A stretch of DNA of 64,000 bases from a virus: positions 1-64,000 of the IMG/VR virus record IMGVR_UViG_3300050506_000187; one strand, 5' to 3'. The notes beneath the pieces are model-generated. The model was not told where the DNA came from. It did not search any database and saw only the letters and a list, made by a program, of their open reading frames with translations. The position numbers and the translations under genes are program-made. Positions 1 through 9,254 of this stretch are shown here, piece after piece. Positions within the stretch are counted from its first letter, which is position 1; each line of letters starts with the position of its first letter.

Positions 1-170
1 TCAATACCGGTATAAAATTGATGCTCCGTCGCAGTGTTATTATACCACGCTTGACGGTCGGATTTTACTTTCCGAATTTGCGCCGGTATTGGGGTGGAAA
101 TCACGAATTCCCATGGGACGCAAGGCGCGAAACTTTGCGACACCAGATTTTTGCAGGCGAAGAAGGTCAT
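1..170 (-). CDS. hypothetical protein, 3' end outside window
   Basis: Not in the ORF track because no stop lies in the window. ATG at 170-168 overlaps the TGA of the upstream ORF (ATGA). The frame stays open to position 1 (MTFFACKNLVSQSFAPCVPWEF...). Confidence 0.4.
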   Translation of the reverse strand, partial: MTFFACKNLVSQSFAPCVPWEFVISTPIPAQIRKVKSDRQAWYNNTATEHQFYTGI

Positions 171-355
171 TCGAATTTACAATTTCCGATATGGTTTTTC
201 TCTCCGACTCCGCCGCATTTTGGGCATACCGGAATATCGCCACATGCAATACATGAATATCCGACTACATATTCGTGATTTTGTTCTGTGATCGGATCGG
301 CTATCATCACAGAATTAATCATCAAATATGGTGCGTCGCAAATTGGGCAGTTCAT
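167..355 (-). CDS. small Cys-rich zinc-ribbon protein
   Basis: MNCPICD...CIACGDIPVCPKCGG. The internal ATG at 355 forms an ATGA overlap with the polymerase stop. Confidence 0.5.
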   Translation of the reverse strand: MNCPICDAPYLMINSVMIADPITEQNHEYVVGYSCIACGDIPVCPKCGGVGEKNHIGNCKFE

Positions 356-2349
356 TTGGTATAATGGGCAACTTCTTTGGCATCGGCGGCGATGGGACAT
401 CCTTCAATCCAATCCGGACACCGGCCCATAATCGAAGCCACGTCTTCAGCCTTCACATCAAGTTTACATTCGCAAATTGCTTCATCATGTGAGGTAAACA
501 AAACCCAATGCCCTGCGTCGACGAGATCGACGATATGATGTCCGAAAATGTCGCGCGCCGTTGCTTGAACAAGGTTCTCCGTCAACTTTCCGCCGTAAAA
601 TTGAACCCGGCGACCGTCGGACTCCGCCGTATAGATATGCTCTTTCTTCGGCTTCCCGGTCTTTTTGTCGACAGAAATTCGGGTCGAAGACCGAACGTTT
701 CTGTATGTCATGTATCGCCCGGAGGGAAGCATCATTCGAAAATCACTGCCAATCGAACGCTTGAACGCCTCATCGAGTTTTTCCCATAGCGCCACAGTTC
801 CCGGCGATTTCTCCCGGAATTCTTTGACGATTTCTTTGCTTCGTTTTCCGTAGCCGGGCACGGCGATTAGCTCATCCGTAAACGGGTCAATTGTCGTAAT
901 CGTTTCCGGGTCATCGGCAGTGACGTCAAGCCCTCCGGTTTTGGCGATGGTAATAAATTTTTCCCACCCGGCCTGATACCCGAGACCAAGCACCATAATC
1001 TTGACAAGTTTATAATAATCGCTGTCCTTGTCCATCTTTCCCGACTTGTCATATCCGAGATTCGCGCGCGCAAATGCTTCGTATACCGACATGCCCTCGG
1101 CAATCATTTGCATCAATTTGCGATTGCCGGTCAACCACGCTAACACTCGCGGCTCAATCTGACTCAGATCAGAGCAAATCATTTTATACCCGGGACGTGG
1201 TATCAGCAGCGCTCGAAAATCAATCGCATATCTCACCCAGTCCGGGTAAGACCCAGTGACTTTCTTTTGCTTCATCGCCTGTTCAACGAGCCCGCCTGCG
1301 GATTCGTCGGTTTCCATGAGCCCGTCCTGACGGGCAAAGACTGGCTTCTTGCGAGGATTCTGCAAATTGATTTTCTCCGAACCCGACCAGCGTCCCGTAT
1401 GCGCGCCGAAATATTTGAGACCAAATGGTATCGTCCCGTCGTCTCGGAGACGGGACTTAACGAGCAGCATCGTTTTATAAAGCTTGTTGATCGAGCGCCA
1501 CGAAGACAACGCCGCAATCCAAGGATGTTTCGGACCGTATACTGCTTCCCACTCTTCGAACGCATCCGCGCCATCATGCGCCTTAACCGGAGGACATGGA
1601 ATCCCGGCCTTGCGACATTGTTCCGCGATGCATTTCGTGCTTGTCGGTTTGATATTGTCGGAAAAATCATCCCACTCCGGATCATCGGCACCCGCAATCC
1701 ATGGCAGCGCTTTTTCCGTCATCGTCTTCATTTCATGCGCTTGAACGATGTATTGCCCGAGTAGCTCCGTATCGATTTGGATACCGCGCATACCCTGCTC
1801 GATTGTGATATTGCTGAGCCGTTGTTCAATCTCCGGCCATTGCGCAGAGTAATCAGTCCAGATTTTTTGGCACCAATATGCGTCGAGCGGCGCATACTTC
1901 AGCATCGCGGCCTGCTCTGCTTCAGAAAAATCCTTCGGCCATCGCTTGCCGTCCGCGTTTGCACGCGCCGATTTGTCTACCTTGACCTTATACAGAAACT
2001 CAACGGCATCATCGAGAGCCCGGCGGTTGCAGATAAACGAAGTAAGGTTCGCAGTGCAATGCCATCCCGCTAATTCAATTTTCGGAATCCAGCCCCGGCG
2101 AACGGTTTCATCATATACCGTTTTGTCGAAATATTTATTGTGGCTAACGAGGACCCTTCTATCGATTGCGTTCCAGTTAAATTCCCGAGGATGCCCGGCC
2201 CATGATTCAGAGCCGTCACAAACGGCCAACATGTAAGGATCGAATAACTCATGCCGGACATACGTCTCGGCAATCATTTGTTTCAATCCATATTTGAGTT
2301 TGCTGCTGTAAAATGTCTCATAGTCAAAACCGATGGCGGGACGAGTCAT
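352..2349 (-). CDS. family A DNA polymerase with 3'-5' exonuclease domain
   Basis: 665-aa ORF. Exonuclease motifs FDYET, HNKYFD, YAPLDAY. Polymerase motifs DLSQIEPRVLAW (A), KIMVLGLGYQAG (B), TSHDEA (C). Confidence 0.9.
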   Translation of the reverse strand: MTRPAIGFDYETFYSSKLKYGLKQMIAETYVRHELFDPYMLAVCDGSESWAGHPREFNWNAIDRRVLVSHNKYFDKTVYDETVRRGWIPKIELAGWHCTANLTSFICNRRALDDAVEFLYKVKVDKSARANADGKRWPKDFSEAEQAAMLKYAPLDAYWCQKIWTDYSAQWPEIEQRLSNITIEQGMRGIQIDTELLGQYIVQAHEMKTMTEKALPWIAGADDPEWDDFSDNIKPTSTKCIAEQCRKAGIPCPPVKAHDGADAFEEWEAVYGPKHPWIAALSSWRSINKLYKTMLLVKSRLRDDGTIPFGLKYFGAHTGRWSGSEKINLQNPRKKPVFARQDGLMETDESAGGLVEQAMKQKKVTGSYPDWVRYAIDFRALLIPRPGYKMICSDLSQIEPRVLAWLTGNRKLMQMIAEGMSVYEAFARANLGYDKSGKMDKDSDYYKLVKIMVLGLGYQAGWEKFITIAKTGGLDVTADDPETITTIDPFTDELIAVPGYGKRSKEIVKEFREKSPGTVALWEKLDEAFKRSIGSDFRMMLPSGRYMTYRNVRSSTRISVDKKTGKPKKEHIYTAESDGRRVQFYGGKLTENLVQATARDIFGHHIVDLVDAGHWVLFTSHDEAICECKLDVKAEDVASIMGRCPDWIEGCPIAADAKEVAHYTK

Positions 2350-2356
2350 CTTGATT

Positions 2357-2394
2357 ACAATAACAGATCGCGGGTTGTAATGCTAACGAAAAAA
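2357..2394 (-). promoter_or_regulatory. early promoter-like element (TTTTTCGTTAGCA-N18-TATTGT)
   Basis: Read on the minus strand: TTTTTTCGTTAGCA, 18-nt spacer ending TGT, TATTGT, then 7 nt to the polymerase ATG. Confidence 0.45.
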
Positions 2395-2519
2395 CAGCTT
2401 TACTCTGAAAGCCGCTAAGTCACGCCTTTATCGATGGCGTTCTCGTCGTAGTCAAGCAATCCTCGGCCAACTTCAGACCAGCACCGAGGGATGAGTCTGT
2501 TTCACCGCAGCTACGAAAA

Positions 2520-2831
2520 TCAGCGTGTTCGGCCAAGCGTGCAACCGACGGTAGGTTGACGTTGCACCTTATTTTGAATCAGGCGCGCAATGGCCTTGTC
2601 AATCTCGTTCTGAATTTTTTCCATGAGCGGACCCTTTGTGAACGCCGGGACTTCGCCGTCTTCTTGAGCAAGCGCCGGGTGCACGGTATTCGAATACTTA
2701 TTTCGAATCTCGCGTATCAGGCACTCAACGTCCGTGAGCACTTCGTCTTTGAAGTCGGAGCCGACCCGGGTAAATTTCCCGGCGCGATAAACTTTTGAGC
2801 ATCGTAGCGCATGATCGCAAATCGCAGCCAT
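2520..2831 (-). CDS. hypothetical protein
   Basis: ORF 2520..2981 trimmed to the internal ATG at 2831 to avoid overlapping the SprT-like gene. Confidence 0.45.
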   Translation of the reverse strand: MAAICDHALRCSKVYRAGKFTRVGSDFKDEVLTDVECLIREIRNKYSNTVHPALAQEDGEVPAFTKGPLMEKIQNEIDKAIARLIQNKVQRQPTVGCTLGRTR

Positions 2832-2872
2832 GTTGAGAGCCGGACGGTCGGAGGCTACTTGAATGTCGTCGC

Positions 2873-3490
2873 TCACGACTGCACCCCCATTTCTCCATGC
2901 TCCGGGCAATGCGGCGCGCCGACTTCGTCGAGCCAAGTCCGAGTGGTCCGGCACACGTATCCGCATTCCAGACATTCGCACTTAATCATACGCGAACCGA
3001 CTTTCGATTTTTTCTTGAACGTCCCGCGATGAGCATCGAAAACGGACCGATCGAATTTGATCTTCGACAGAAACTCCGTTGCACCGGCAGCGAGGTCAGT
3101 GTATCCGTATCCGACCGATTTGTCCCGGGGTTTCACTTCGAGCCCAAGTTTTTCTGCCATGGACTTAAAATGCTTATTGTGCGCGCGACCGGAGCAGTCC
3201 TTGATACCGAGAACGCGATTTTCGGCGTGCGCCAACTCGTGTATCAGCGTTTCGCCCATGTTGTGCTCTTGCAAATACTCCGCGCTGAGATTGATTTCGT
3301 GCATCGCAGAATCAACCTTGTCTTTCGTCCAGTGCTCCGGACCGAACCAGCCTAGGGCCTGCTTGCGGCCCTTGCTTTGAATGGTGAGACAGATTTGCTC
3401 CGGTTTGACCGTGAGACCGAAATGACGGATTGCTTCGCGCAACACTCGTTCCGATTCAGTAATGATAGGAATGATGGATGCGGATTTCAT
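2873..3490 (-). CDS. SprT-like zinc metalloprotease with C-terminal zinc ribbon
   Basis: HELAH (HExxH) in the context WFGPEHW...LIHELAHAEN. C-terminal CECLECG...HCPEH. Confidence 0.75.
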   Translation of the reverse strand: MKSASIIPIITESERVLREAIRHFGLTVKPEQICLTIQSKGRKQALGWFGPEHWTKDKVDSAMHEINLSAEYLQEHNMGETLIHELAHAENRVLGIKDCSGRAHNKHFKSMAEKLGLEVKPRDKSVGYGYTDLAAGATEFLSKIKFDRSVFDAHRGTFKKKSKVGSRMIKCECLECGYVCRTTRTWLDEVGAPHCPEHGEMGVQS

Positions 3491-3723
3491 CGGTGACAGA
3501 TTCCTTGTTGAATGAGGTTATCGGCAGTGCGGCCAAATGACCCTTGTAACTGCCAGACGATTCCGCTGTCAATGAGACATTGCCAAGCGGCGATTTGCGT
3601 ATCTTCATCTGCGGGCTCGACGCCTTCGCAGATCATACTTGCGGTAAACTGATCCATACGCAAACAATATAACACTTGCCGTTTAAATGTCAAGTGCCCC
3701 GGATTATATTTTCTCCGGGGCAC
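3487..3723 (-). CDS. hypothetical protein
   Basis: 78-aa ORF with a 4-nt overlap to the downstream gene. Confidence 0.55.
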   Translation of the reverse strand: MPRRKYNPGHLTFKRQVLYCLRMDQFTASMICEGVEPADEDTQIAAWQCLIDSGIVWQLQGSFGRTADNLIQQGICHR

Positions 3724-3740
3724 TTGCGCATTTCAGCAGA

Positions 3741-4640
3741 TTACTCCGCCGCAGTCTCCTCAGGAGCGCTGGCCGGGGTAATATCCCCGGTCTTAATCTG
3801 ATTCACGAACGCGAGCACTTCCGGCGTATTCTTGGCCGCAGGGACCGCGACCGGCACCCACGTTGAATTGCCAGTCTGCTTATACACCTGATTGCGGGTG
3901 CTCAGGCTGAAACTCATCGTCGGGTATCCCTTCAGAAGGCAACCCATCCGGCGTTGAGTGAAGAAAACCGCTTTAGCAACGCCAGTATAGGCAGTGCCCT
4001 TCAGCGCCAGCATGGCGATGGTGTATTTCTTGCCGCCAATTTCATAAACGAAAACGGTGTCATCGTCGGCGATGTGTTCCGGGCGCTCAATAAGGACGCC
4101 GAAATCCGCCAATTCTTCGAACCGTTTCATTCCGACGGTCTTTTTCAGTTTCCATTCATTGTAATCGAGAGTGCCGCCAGCGGCTCTGACTTCGTCTTCC
4201 GAATTGACGATGAGGTTTCGGACTCCCGGCGCGTAAACTTCCGGCTTCTCGACGTAACGAGTCGGACGGACTCCGAGGATCGTGATATTGACCGGCTTTG
4301 TCGCGGCGCGCCGAATCGTTCCGGACGCGGCATCGATGTCCGGCGGAATAAAAAGCGGCGTGGTGCGTCCAAGCACGATGGAGCCGGGAATAAAAGTATC
4401 CTTCAACTGTCCAGTATTGTGAACGAGGTTCACGCGAGGGAGGATAATGTCTTCGAAACCCGGGAGATCGTCATCACTCAGAAATTTGCGCGGAGACGAG
4501 ACGGGTTGAGGCGGGACGACGGCAACAGCGGTCCCGGGAACAGCCGCAGGCTTTGCGGCATCCGCTGCCGCAGCCTCGACCGGAGTCGCGACAATGGTCG
4601 TGACCGGAGTTTGATTTTTACCGAATTTAACTTCGCCCAT
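3741..4640 (-). CDS. hypothetical protein (possible ssDNA-binding/recombination partner, by position only)
   Basis: 299-aa ORF with an Ala/Pro-rich N-terminus. It sits between the Cas4-like exonuclease and the polymerase module. No motif recognised. Confidence 0.6.
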   Translation of the reverse strand: MGEVKFGKNQTPVTTIVATPVEAAAADAAKPAAVPGTAVAVVPPQPVSSPRKFLSDDDLPGFEDIILPRVNLVHNTGQLKDTFIPGSIVLGRTTPLFIPPDIDAASGTIRRAATKPVNITILGVRPTRYVEKPEVYAPGVRNLIVNSEDEVRAAGGTLDYNEWKLKKTVGMKRFEELADFGVLIERPEHIADDDTVFVYEIGGKKYTIAMLALKGTAYTGVAKAVFFTQRRMGCLLKGYPTMSFSLSTRNQVYKQTGNSTWVPVAVPAAKNTPEVLAFVNQIKTGDITPASAPEETAAE

Positions 4641-4649
4641 ATAGGTATT

Positions 4650-5828
4650 TTAGTTTGTGGTTGATGTTTGGTTTGTTTCCTTTTTAGCAACTGCTTTGAG
4701 GAAAGTGTATGGCTGACTTTCATCTGTCGCGCCCGCAGACGCGAGATGCTCTGCGAATTTTTCGACAGAGGCTTTTTTGTGCCCTCGTTCGGCCTTGAGC
4801 ATAATTGCTTTTTCGACTGCGCCGAACAAAATCTTTTTGGTATCGTTGTATTCGTCTTGCGTAAGATATTGCAAGGCGACTTTCTCAAACGCAACATCAT
4901 CGATGATTGCCCGGCGGGTTTGCGATACCAACATAAACCCTTCCGGAATCGGAACCGTGCCTTCGACAATTCGATTTGTTGCGAGTCGACGGTATCCATC
5001 GGCCCAAACCTTGACAACTTGTGCGAGCCGGAGCCCGAGGGTTGTATCTGCGGCAGAATGGATTTTGGTCGGCGTAATGTCTTCCGGAATTTCAATCGGA
5101 AAATATTTAGAGCCGACCTTGCAAACAAGGTCTGTAACCTTGGTGCAGGCTCCGATATTGCTGCAAAAATTGCAGGCCGGAATCATTGGCCGCGCCATAC
5201 TGAAATCGCCTTTGGCGACCTGCGCAGCAGCAATTTTAGCTTTTTCAACCGTAGCCCGGACCCGGGCATAGAGCCTCGGAATATCGGACCGAGTCCAAAT
5301 CACGTCTGTGATCAATTCAAGAGCCGGTTGTTTAAAGAAAAATCGAATCTGTTGCAGCGTCGGATACGTATGAAATAGCCCGAGAGCATACGCAATACCT
5401 TGCAAATTGTTCGGCGCAGGTTCGACCGGCCATCGACCGAATTTCCAGTCAATCAGTTCGGCATACGTTTGAGTCGGGTTCATCAATACGTGATCCACAT
5501 AGCCCGCTGTAGTATCCAGATCATCGACGGGAAGATAAACTTCTTTTATCTCAGTGCCCCCATCGAAAAACAAATTCTTCCGTTGCTGAACAAAATCAAG
5601 ACATTCAGCAACCATCGCCGCATGACCATCACTCAAGCGCGAATCATCCTTGCCCGATTCAACTGCCGAATGTGCAATCGTTCCTTCGATTGCCGCTTCG
5701 TTTGCTTCGCCGGAGGATTCGTAACAAGGGCACGCTTCGCGATTTTGCAGTGTGCTGGGGCTGAATCGATGATGTTTGCGTTCTGCAATCCACTCCCCGT
5801 AATCCTGATGTCGGCGGGACTCACTCAT
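4650..5828 (-). CDS. PD-(D/E)XK Cas4/RecB-like exonuclease
   Basis: N-terminal SPSTLQNREACPCYE, core D...ELIDWKFG (D-ExK), and a C-terminal CNFCSNIGAC cysteine cluster. Confidence 0.75.
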   Translation of the reverse strand: MSESRRHQDYGEWIAERKHHRFSPSTLQNREACPCYESSGEANEAAIEGTIAHSAVESGKDDSRLSDGHAAMVAECLDFVQQRKNLFFDGGTEIKEVYLPVDDLDTTAGYVDHVLMNPTQTYAELIDWKFGRWPVEPAPNNLQGIAYALGLFHTYPTLQQIRFFFKQPALELITDVIWTRSDIPRLYARVRATVEKAKIAAAQVAKGDFSMARPMIPACNFCSNIGACTKVTDLVCKVGSKYFPIEIPEDITPTKIHSAADTTLGLRLAQVVKVWADGYRRLATNRIVEGTVPIPEGFMLVSQTRRAIIDDVAFEKVALQYLTQDEYNDTKKILFGAVEKAIMLKAERGHKKASVEKFAEHLASAGATDESQPYTFLKAVAKKETNQTSTTN

Positions 5829-5901
5829 AGCAATTTATCATGGTCTTGATAATACCAATACAATACCACAAACACGACAAGAAAGATAACGATTTGTGCA
5901 A

Positions 5902-6132
5902 TCACATTACGACAATGACCGGAATCCGTTTTCCGTATTCTGCCTCCGGCGTAACGTCTTCGCCGTAGTCTTCCGTAAAACCCTTACCATCGAAAAGCGC
6001 GGTGGATTCCTCGATGTGAGCCTCCCGATACGAATGATCGGAGGACGGCACGACGATGAGCGCATTATCCGGCATCTTCGACACTTCCGCAAGGAATTGA
6101 AGTTTCGTCAAATGTTTGTGGATTCGGCTCAT
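5902..6132 (-). CDS. hypothetical protein
   Basis: 76-aa ORF with a 4-nt overlap to the upstream gene. Confidence 0.5.
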   Translation of the reverse strand: MSRIHKHLTKLQFLAEVSKMPDNALIVVPSSDHSYREAHIEESTALFDGKGFTEDYGEDVTPEAEYGKRIPVIVVM

Positions 6133-6428
6133 ATCAGCCCCGCAGAACGTGCCGCGCGCATGGCTTTGGCCAATTTCGCCAGTGCCTTGTATTCGATGTG
6201 ATGAACCATGGCGCGAGAGATACCTAATTCATCGGCGACGGACTGCGCAGTCCGGAGCGGTATCAACTGCTTTGCAATTGAAGCCCCGAGGGCCAAGTCC
6301 GCCTTCGCTGCGTGCGAACGAGGAGCGTATTTCGTTTTCACGACCGCGCCTTTCCCATGCTGAAGGCCGAAAACGCGGCTTGCGCGCACTTCGAGCGATG
6401 CGTCCCGCGATACCAGCGACGTTCCCAT
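6129..6428 (-). CDS. small HTH protein resembling sigma-70 region 4
   Basis: C-terminal TAQSVADELGISRAMVHHIEYKALAKL resembles a region 4.2 helix-turn-helix. Confidence 0.55.
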   Translation of the reverse strand: MGTSLVSRDASLEVRASRVFGLQHGKGAVVKTKYAPRSHAAKADLALGASIAKQLIPLRTAQSVADELGISRAMVHHIEYKALAKLAKAMRAARSAGLI

Positions 6429-6557
6429 ACGGAGAGTATCGGCGATGAGCCGTTGGGTTCGATGACAGGTCTTGTTCCTAGACCAAGACTCCTTGAGGAT
6501 TCATCCGATTCTGCGCGAGTAATATTTCTTCCGTTCATTTAGTTATTTCGATTGTTA

Positions 6558-6594
6558 ATATTAACGTATTGAGGTTGAAAATGCTAACGAAAAA
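6558..6594 (-). promoter_or_regulatory. early promoter-like element (TTTTTCGTTAGCA-N18-TAATAT)
   Basis: Minus-strand reading. Lies 19 nt upstream of the ATG at 6538. Confidence 0.45.
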
Positions 6595-6665
6595 TTAAAA
6601 GGAGATGCCGCTTTGCAAAAATAAAGCGGCCCAATCTACAGGGGCCATTTCGTCGAGATACCGGA

Positions 6666-6857
6666 TTACTTTCCGATAATGCGTTTTCGCAGGGCGTCCC
6701 GAGCCGGTGCGCCGGTCGGCTTCCATCCGTGCTCGACCGCGTTTAGCAAATGTTCTTGCCGTTTGGCCTTGGCCGGAGTCGTGGACTTGGCCTTGACCCC
6801 GTGCGGCGTGGAAACCCGGACGCGTCCTTTTCCGATTGATTGGATTTTTACGGGCAT
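6666..6857 (-). CDS. small basic hypothetical protein
   Basis: 63-aa Lys/Arg-rich ORF. Preferred over the overlapping 89-aa frame on composition only. Confidence 0.4.
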   Translation of the reverse strand: MPVKIQSIGKGRVRVSTPHGVKAKSTTPAKAKRQEHLLNAVEHGWKPTGAPARDALRKRIIGK

Positions 6858-6875
6858 AGGTCATAAACAGTCAGG

Positions 6876-8594
6876 TTATTTACTCATTTCAACGAAGGTC
6901 AATTCCGACTTGCTCCGGGTAATCGCCACATAAAAAAGATTTTCCTCTTCCAGTTCGGAGCGCTTCAGGTATGTTTCACGCAGAACGAAAACCCTATTCC
7001 ACTCAAGACCCTTGGCTTTGTGAGTGGACGACAGCACCACGGCGGGCTTCGGATTATTGTCGGAATCACTGAACAGGGTCACGCAACGAAGCTTGATTTC
7101 TTCGACATCTCTGGCGTCTTCCGCCAAAGCAATGAGAGTCTCGGTCTGGTCATCGATTGCCGCCAATTTCGATTCTGCATTCTTCAGTTTCGCAGCGCGG
7201 ACTTTGCACCGATCCCCGTAAGCGATAGCACGAGAAATAAATTCCGGGACGGACTTGGCCTTGAGACGTTCGATAATGCCAAGCAGCATCTTGCCAACAT
7301 CCCGGCCTTCGATTCTCGCTGAGACTCCCTTACGAATGAGCCCGAGGCAAATCGACATAAGCGGCGCGTTGATCCGGCTGAGAATCGCGTCCCCGACTTT
7401 GGCCGCAGAATAAATATTGTCGAGCGAAATATTATTGATGACGCCTTCCGGAGCATCGTCCGCAGCTTTGTAATCGGCGACATATCCAGCGGCGAGCGCA
7501 ACGACCGCCTTCGGGCATCGGCGGGTAATGGTCAGAGTGAGTGTCGCGGCGTTTAATTCGGATTTCATCAGTGCAAGCCCATTTTGAACCGCGCCACGAA
7601 AACCATAGATCGCTTGTCGGTCATCGCCGACAACGCAGACCCGGCCACGAGATGCTCCACGAGCCATCTGCAACTGCGGCGCGTTCATATCTTGCGCTTC
7701 GTCAATCGTCACGAGATCGAACCATGCGCGCACCCAGTTCATAGCGACGGGCAACCAAACCATGTCGTTAAAACTGATGCGGTTCTGCTTGTCGGCAACT
7801 TTGGACGCCTCAAGCACTTTGATAGCCGATTTCGCGAGCCGGTCGGCGTCCCACACTTCTGAGAATTGCCCGGCGTCGATGTCACGCTGTTCGCACAGGT
7901 CAACCATTTGGCCGTGAGTCGGAATTCCGCAAAAAACGTTTTTCGCAAAGCCAACAAGCTTGAGAACCGCGTTGCGGATTTCGCTGTCAACATCGCCGCC
8001 GATGATGGACTCTACCCGGTCGAATTCTACGGAGTCATCGGGACGCGCAGCCGACCAGACTCGCTTGATGAAGCGATAACCAAGCGCGTGCAAAGTCAGC
8101 ACGGTCACACGCTTGTCAGTGATCTTCGCCGCCGCTTCGCGCTGATTTTTCTTATTGAAAACCGCATAAAGCTGAGTCGATTCCGGTGCGTTCGCGAAAC
8201 CGAGGATGGTGGTGAAAGTTTTGCCGGAGCCAGCACGGGCAACGATGACGAGGTTGCCGGACCCGTTCCGATACCAGTCGATGATTGCGTTTTGCTCATC
8301 GCTGAGAACTACGCCTTCCGGAAGCACAGGCGGAACGAAAACGGGTTGCTCAACCGGCGCAATGACTTCGGGCTCCGGTTGAGATTGCGCGACGAAAGGG
8401 ACCGGGCGGGTCCAGCTAACAGTCCAGCTACGGTCCGCGCCGGGAGTCACGCGGATTCCAATGTCACGAAGCGCGGCTTTATCAGCGCGCCAGAGATTCC
8501 AGAATTCAGAATTCGGCGAGGCGAGATAAACGAAACCGTCGGGAGATTCGACCGGCGGTTCCCACTGAAGAAGAAATTCAAGTTTTTCAATCAT
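6876..8594 (-). CDS. UvrD/PcrA-like superfamily 1 DNA helicase
   Basis: AGSGKT (Walker A), DEAQD, VGDDRQAIYGFRGA, THKAKGLEW. Confidence 0.88.
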   Translation of the reverse strand: MIEKLEFLLQWEPPVESPDGFVYLASPNSEFWNLWRADKAALRDIGIRVTPGADRSWTVSWTRPVPFVAQSQPEPEVIAPVEQPVFVPPVLPEGVVLSDEQNAIIDWYRNGSGNLVIVARAGSGKTFTTILGFANAPESTQLYAVFNKKNQREAAAKITDKRVTVLTLHALGYRFIKRVWSAARPDDSVEFDRVESIIGGDVDSEIRNAVLKLVGFAKNVFCGIPTHGQMVDLCEQRDIDAGQFSEVWDADRLAKSAIKVLEASKVADKQNRISFNDMVWLPVAMNWVRAWFDLVTIDEAQDMNAPQLQMARGASRGRVCVVGDDRQAIYGFRGAVQNGLALMKSELNAATLTLTITRRCPKAVVALAAGYVADYKAADDAPEGVINNISLDNIYSAAKVGDAILSRINAPLMSICLGLIRKGVSARIEGRDVGKMLLGIIERLKAKSVPEFISRAIAYGDRCKVRAAKLKNAESKLAAIDDQTETLIALAEDARDVEEIKLRCVTLFSDSDNNPKPAVVLSSTHKAKGLEWNRVFVLRETYLKRSELEEENLFYVAITRSKSELTFVEMSK

Positions 8595-8633
8595 GGAAAT
8601 ACATTAACACGCGGTCGGCGCGCTGTCAAGGGA

Positions 8634-8954
8634 TTACTTCGCGATTTTCGCAATTTCTGGCTCCGCGCCAAAAGGCCGGGCAAAATATGCCTTGAGACTG
8701 TCCGAATTCCATCCGGTGAAAATGAATCGTTTATTCTCATAAATAAGAACCCGGGTATGGATTGACTTCACGTCGTCCCAGCCGTTCGGCACATCGATCT
8801 CAAGAAACTCCCGGCCTACGTCGGCGCGGGCGCTGTAGCGCACCGCAATCTCATCCTTGGCAATTCGTGCCCGGAACGGAGAGTCAACGTGCTGTAGCTC
8901 ATCAGCGCGAAAATGGCCGTATGAATTTTTGTCAATCTTTAAGTTATTTTTCAT
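8634..8954 (-). CDS. hypothetical protein
   Basis: 106-aa ORF directly downstream of a sigma70-like promoter. Confidence 0.6.
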   Translation of the reverse strand: MKNNLKIDKNSYGHFRADELQHVDSPFRARIAKDEIAVRYSARADVGREFLEIDVPNGWDDVKSIHTRVLIYENKRFIFTGWNSDSLKAYFARPFGAEPEIAKIAK

Positions 8955-8960
8955 GCGGAC

Positions 8961-8989
8961 AAGATAGCACGTCTCCGTTTAAACGTCAA
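8961..8989 (-). promoter_or_regulatory. sigma70-like promoter (TTGACG-N17-TATCTT)
   Basis: Minus-strand reading. Only 6 nt separate the -10 box from the ATG at 8954, giving a leaderless-type geometry. Confidence 0.4.
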
Positions 8990-9045
8990 ATAGTTTCAGC
9001 GATTATTTATCCAATTCCAACTCATAAATTCAATATGGCACAAGA

Positions 9046-9249
9046 TTAAATCCTCTCAAGTCGATTGCGTGCTATCGGACTAAGCCAACGTATATCCGAG
9101 TTTGCAATCTGTTTCAAGGTATCATTCTGCAATCGGTTCAAAAACTGGATCAATTTTTCATACGCCGGACCGCATGGATCAATCGACTGAATTTTGGCGT
9201 AATTTTCTCGGAGGATTTCGATTTGCTTCGCAGTGAATTCGATTTTCAT
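9046..9249 (-). CDS. hypothetical protein
   Basis: 67-aa ORF, tightly packed. Confidence 0.5.
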   Translation of the reverse strand: MKIEFTAKQIEILRENYAKIQSIDPCGPAYEKLIQFLNRLQNDTLKQIANSDIRWLSPIARNRLERI

Positions 9250-9254
9250 TATTC

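Noticed and set aside
7866-8765. 299-aa plus-strand ORF
   Set aside because: Antisense to the UvrD-like helicase, whose motifs are unambiguous.
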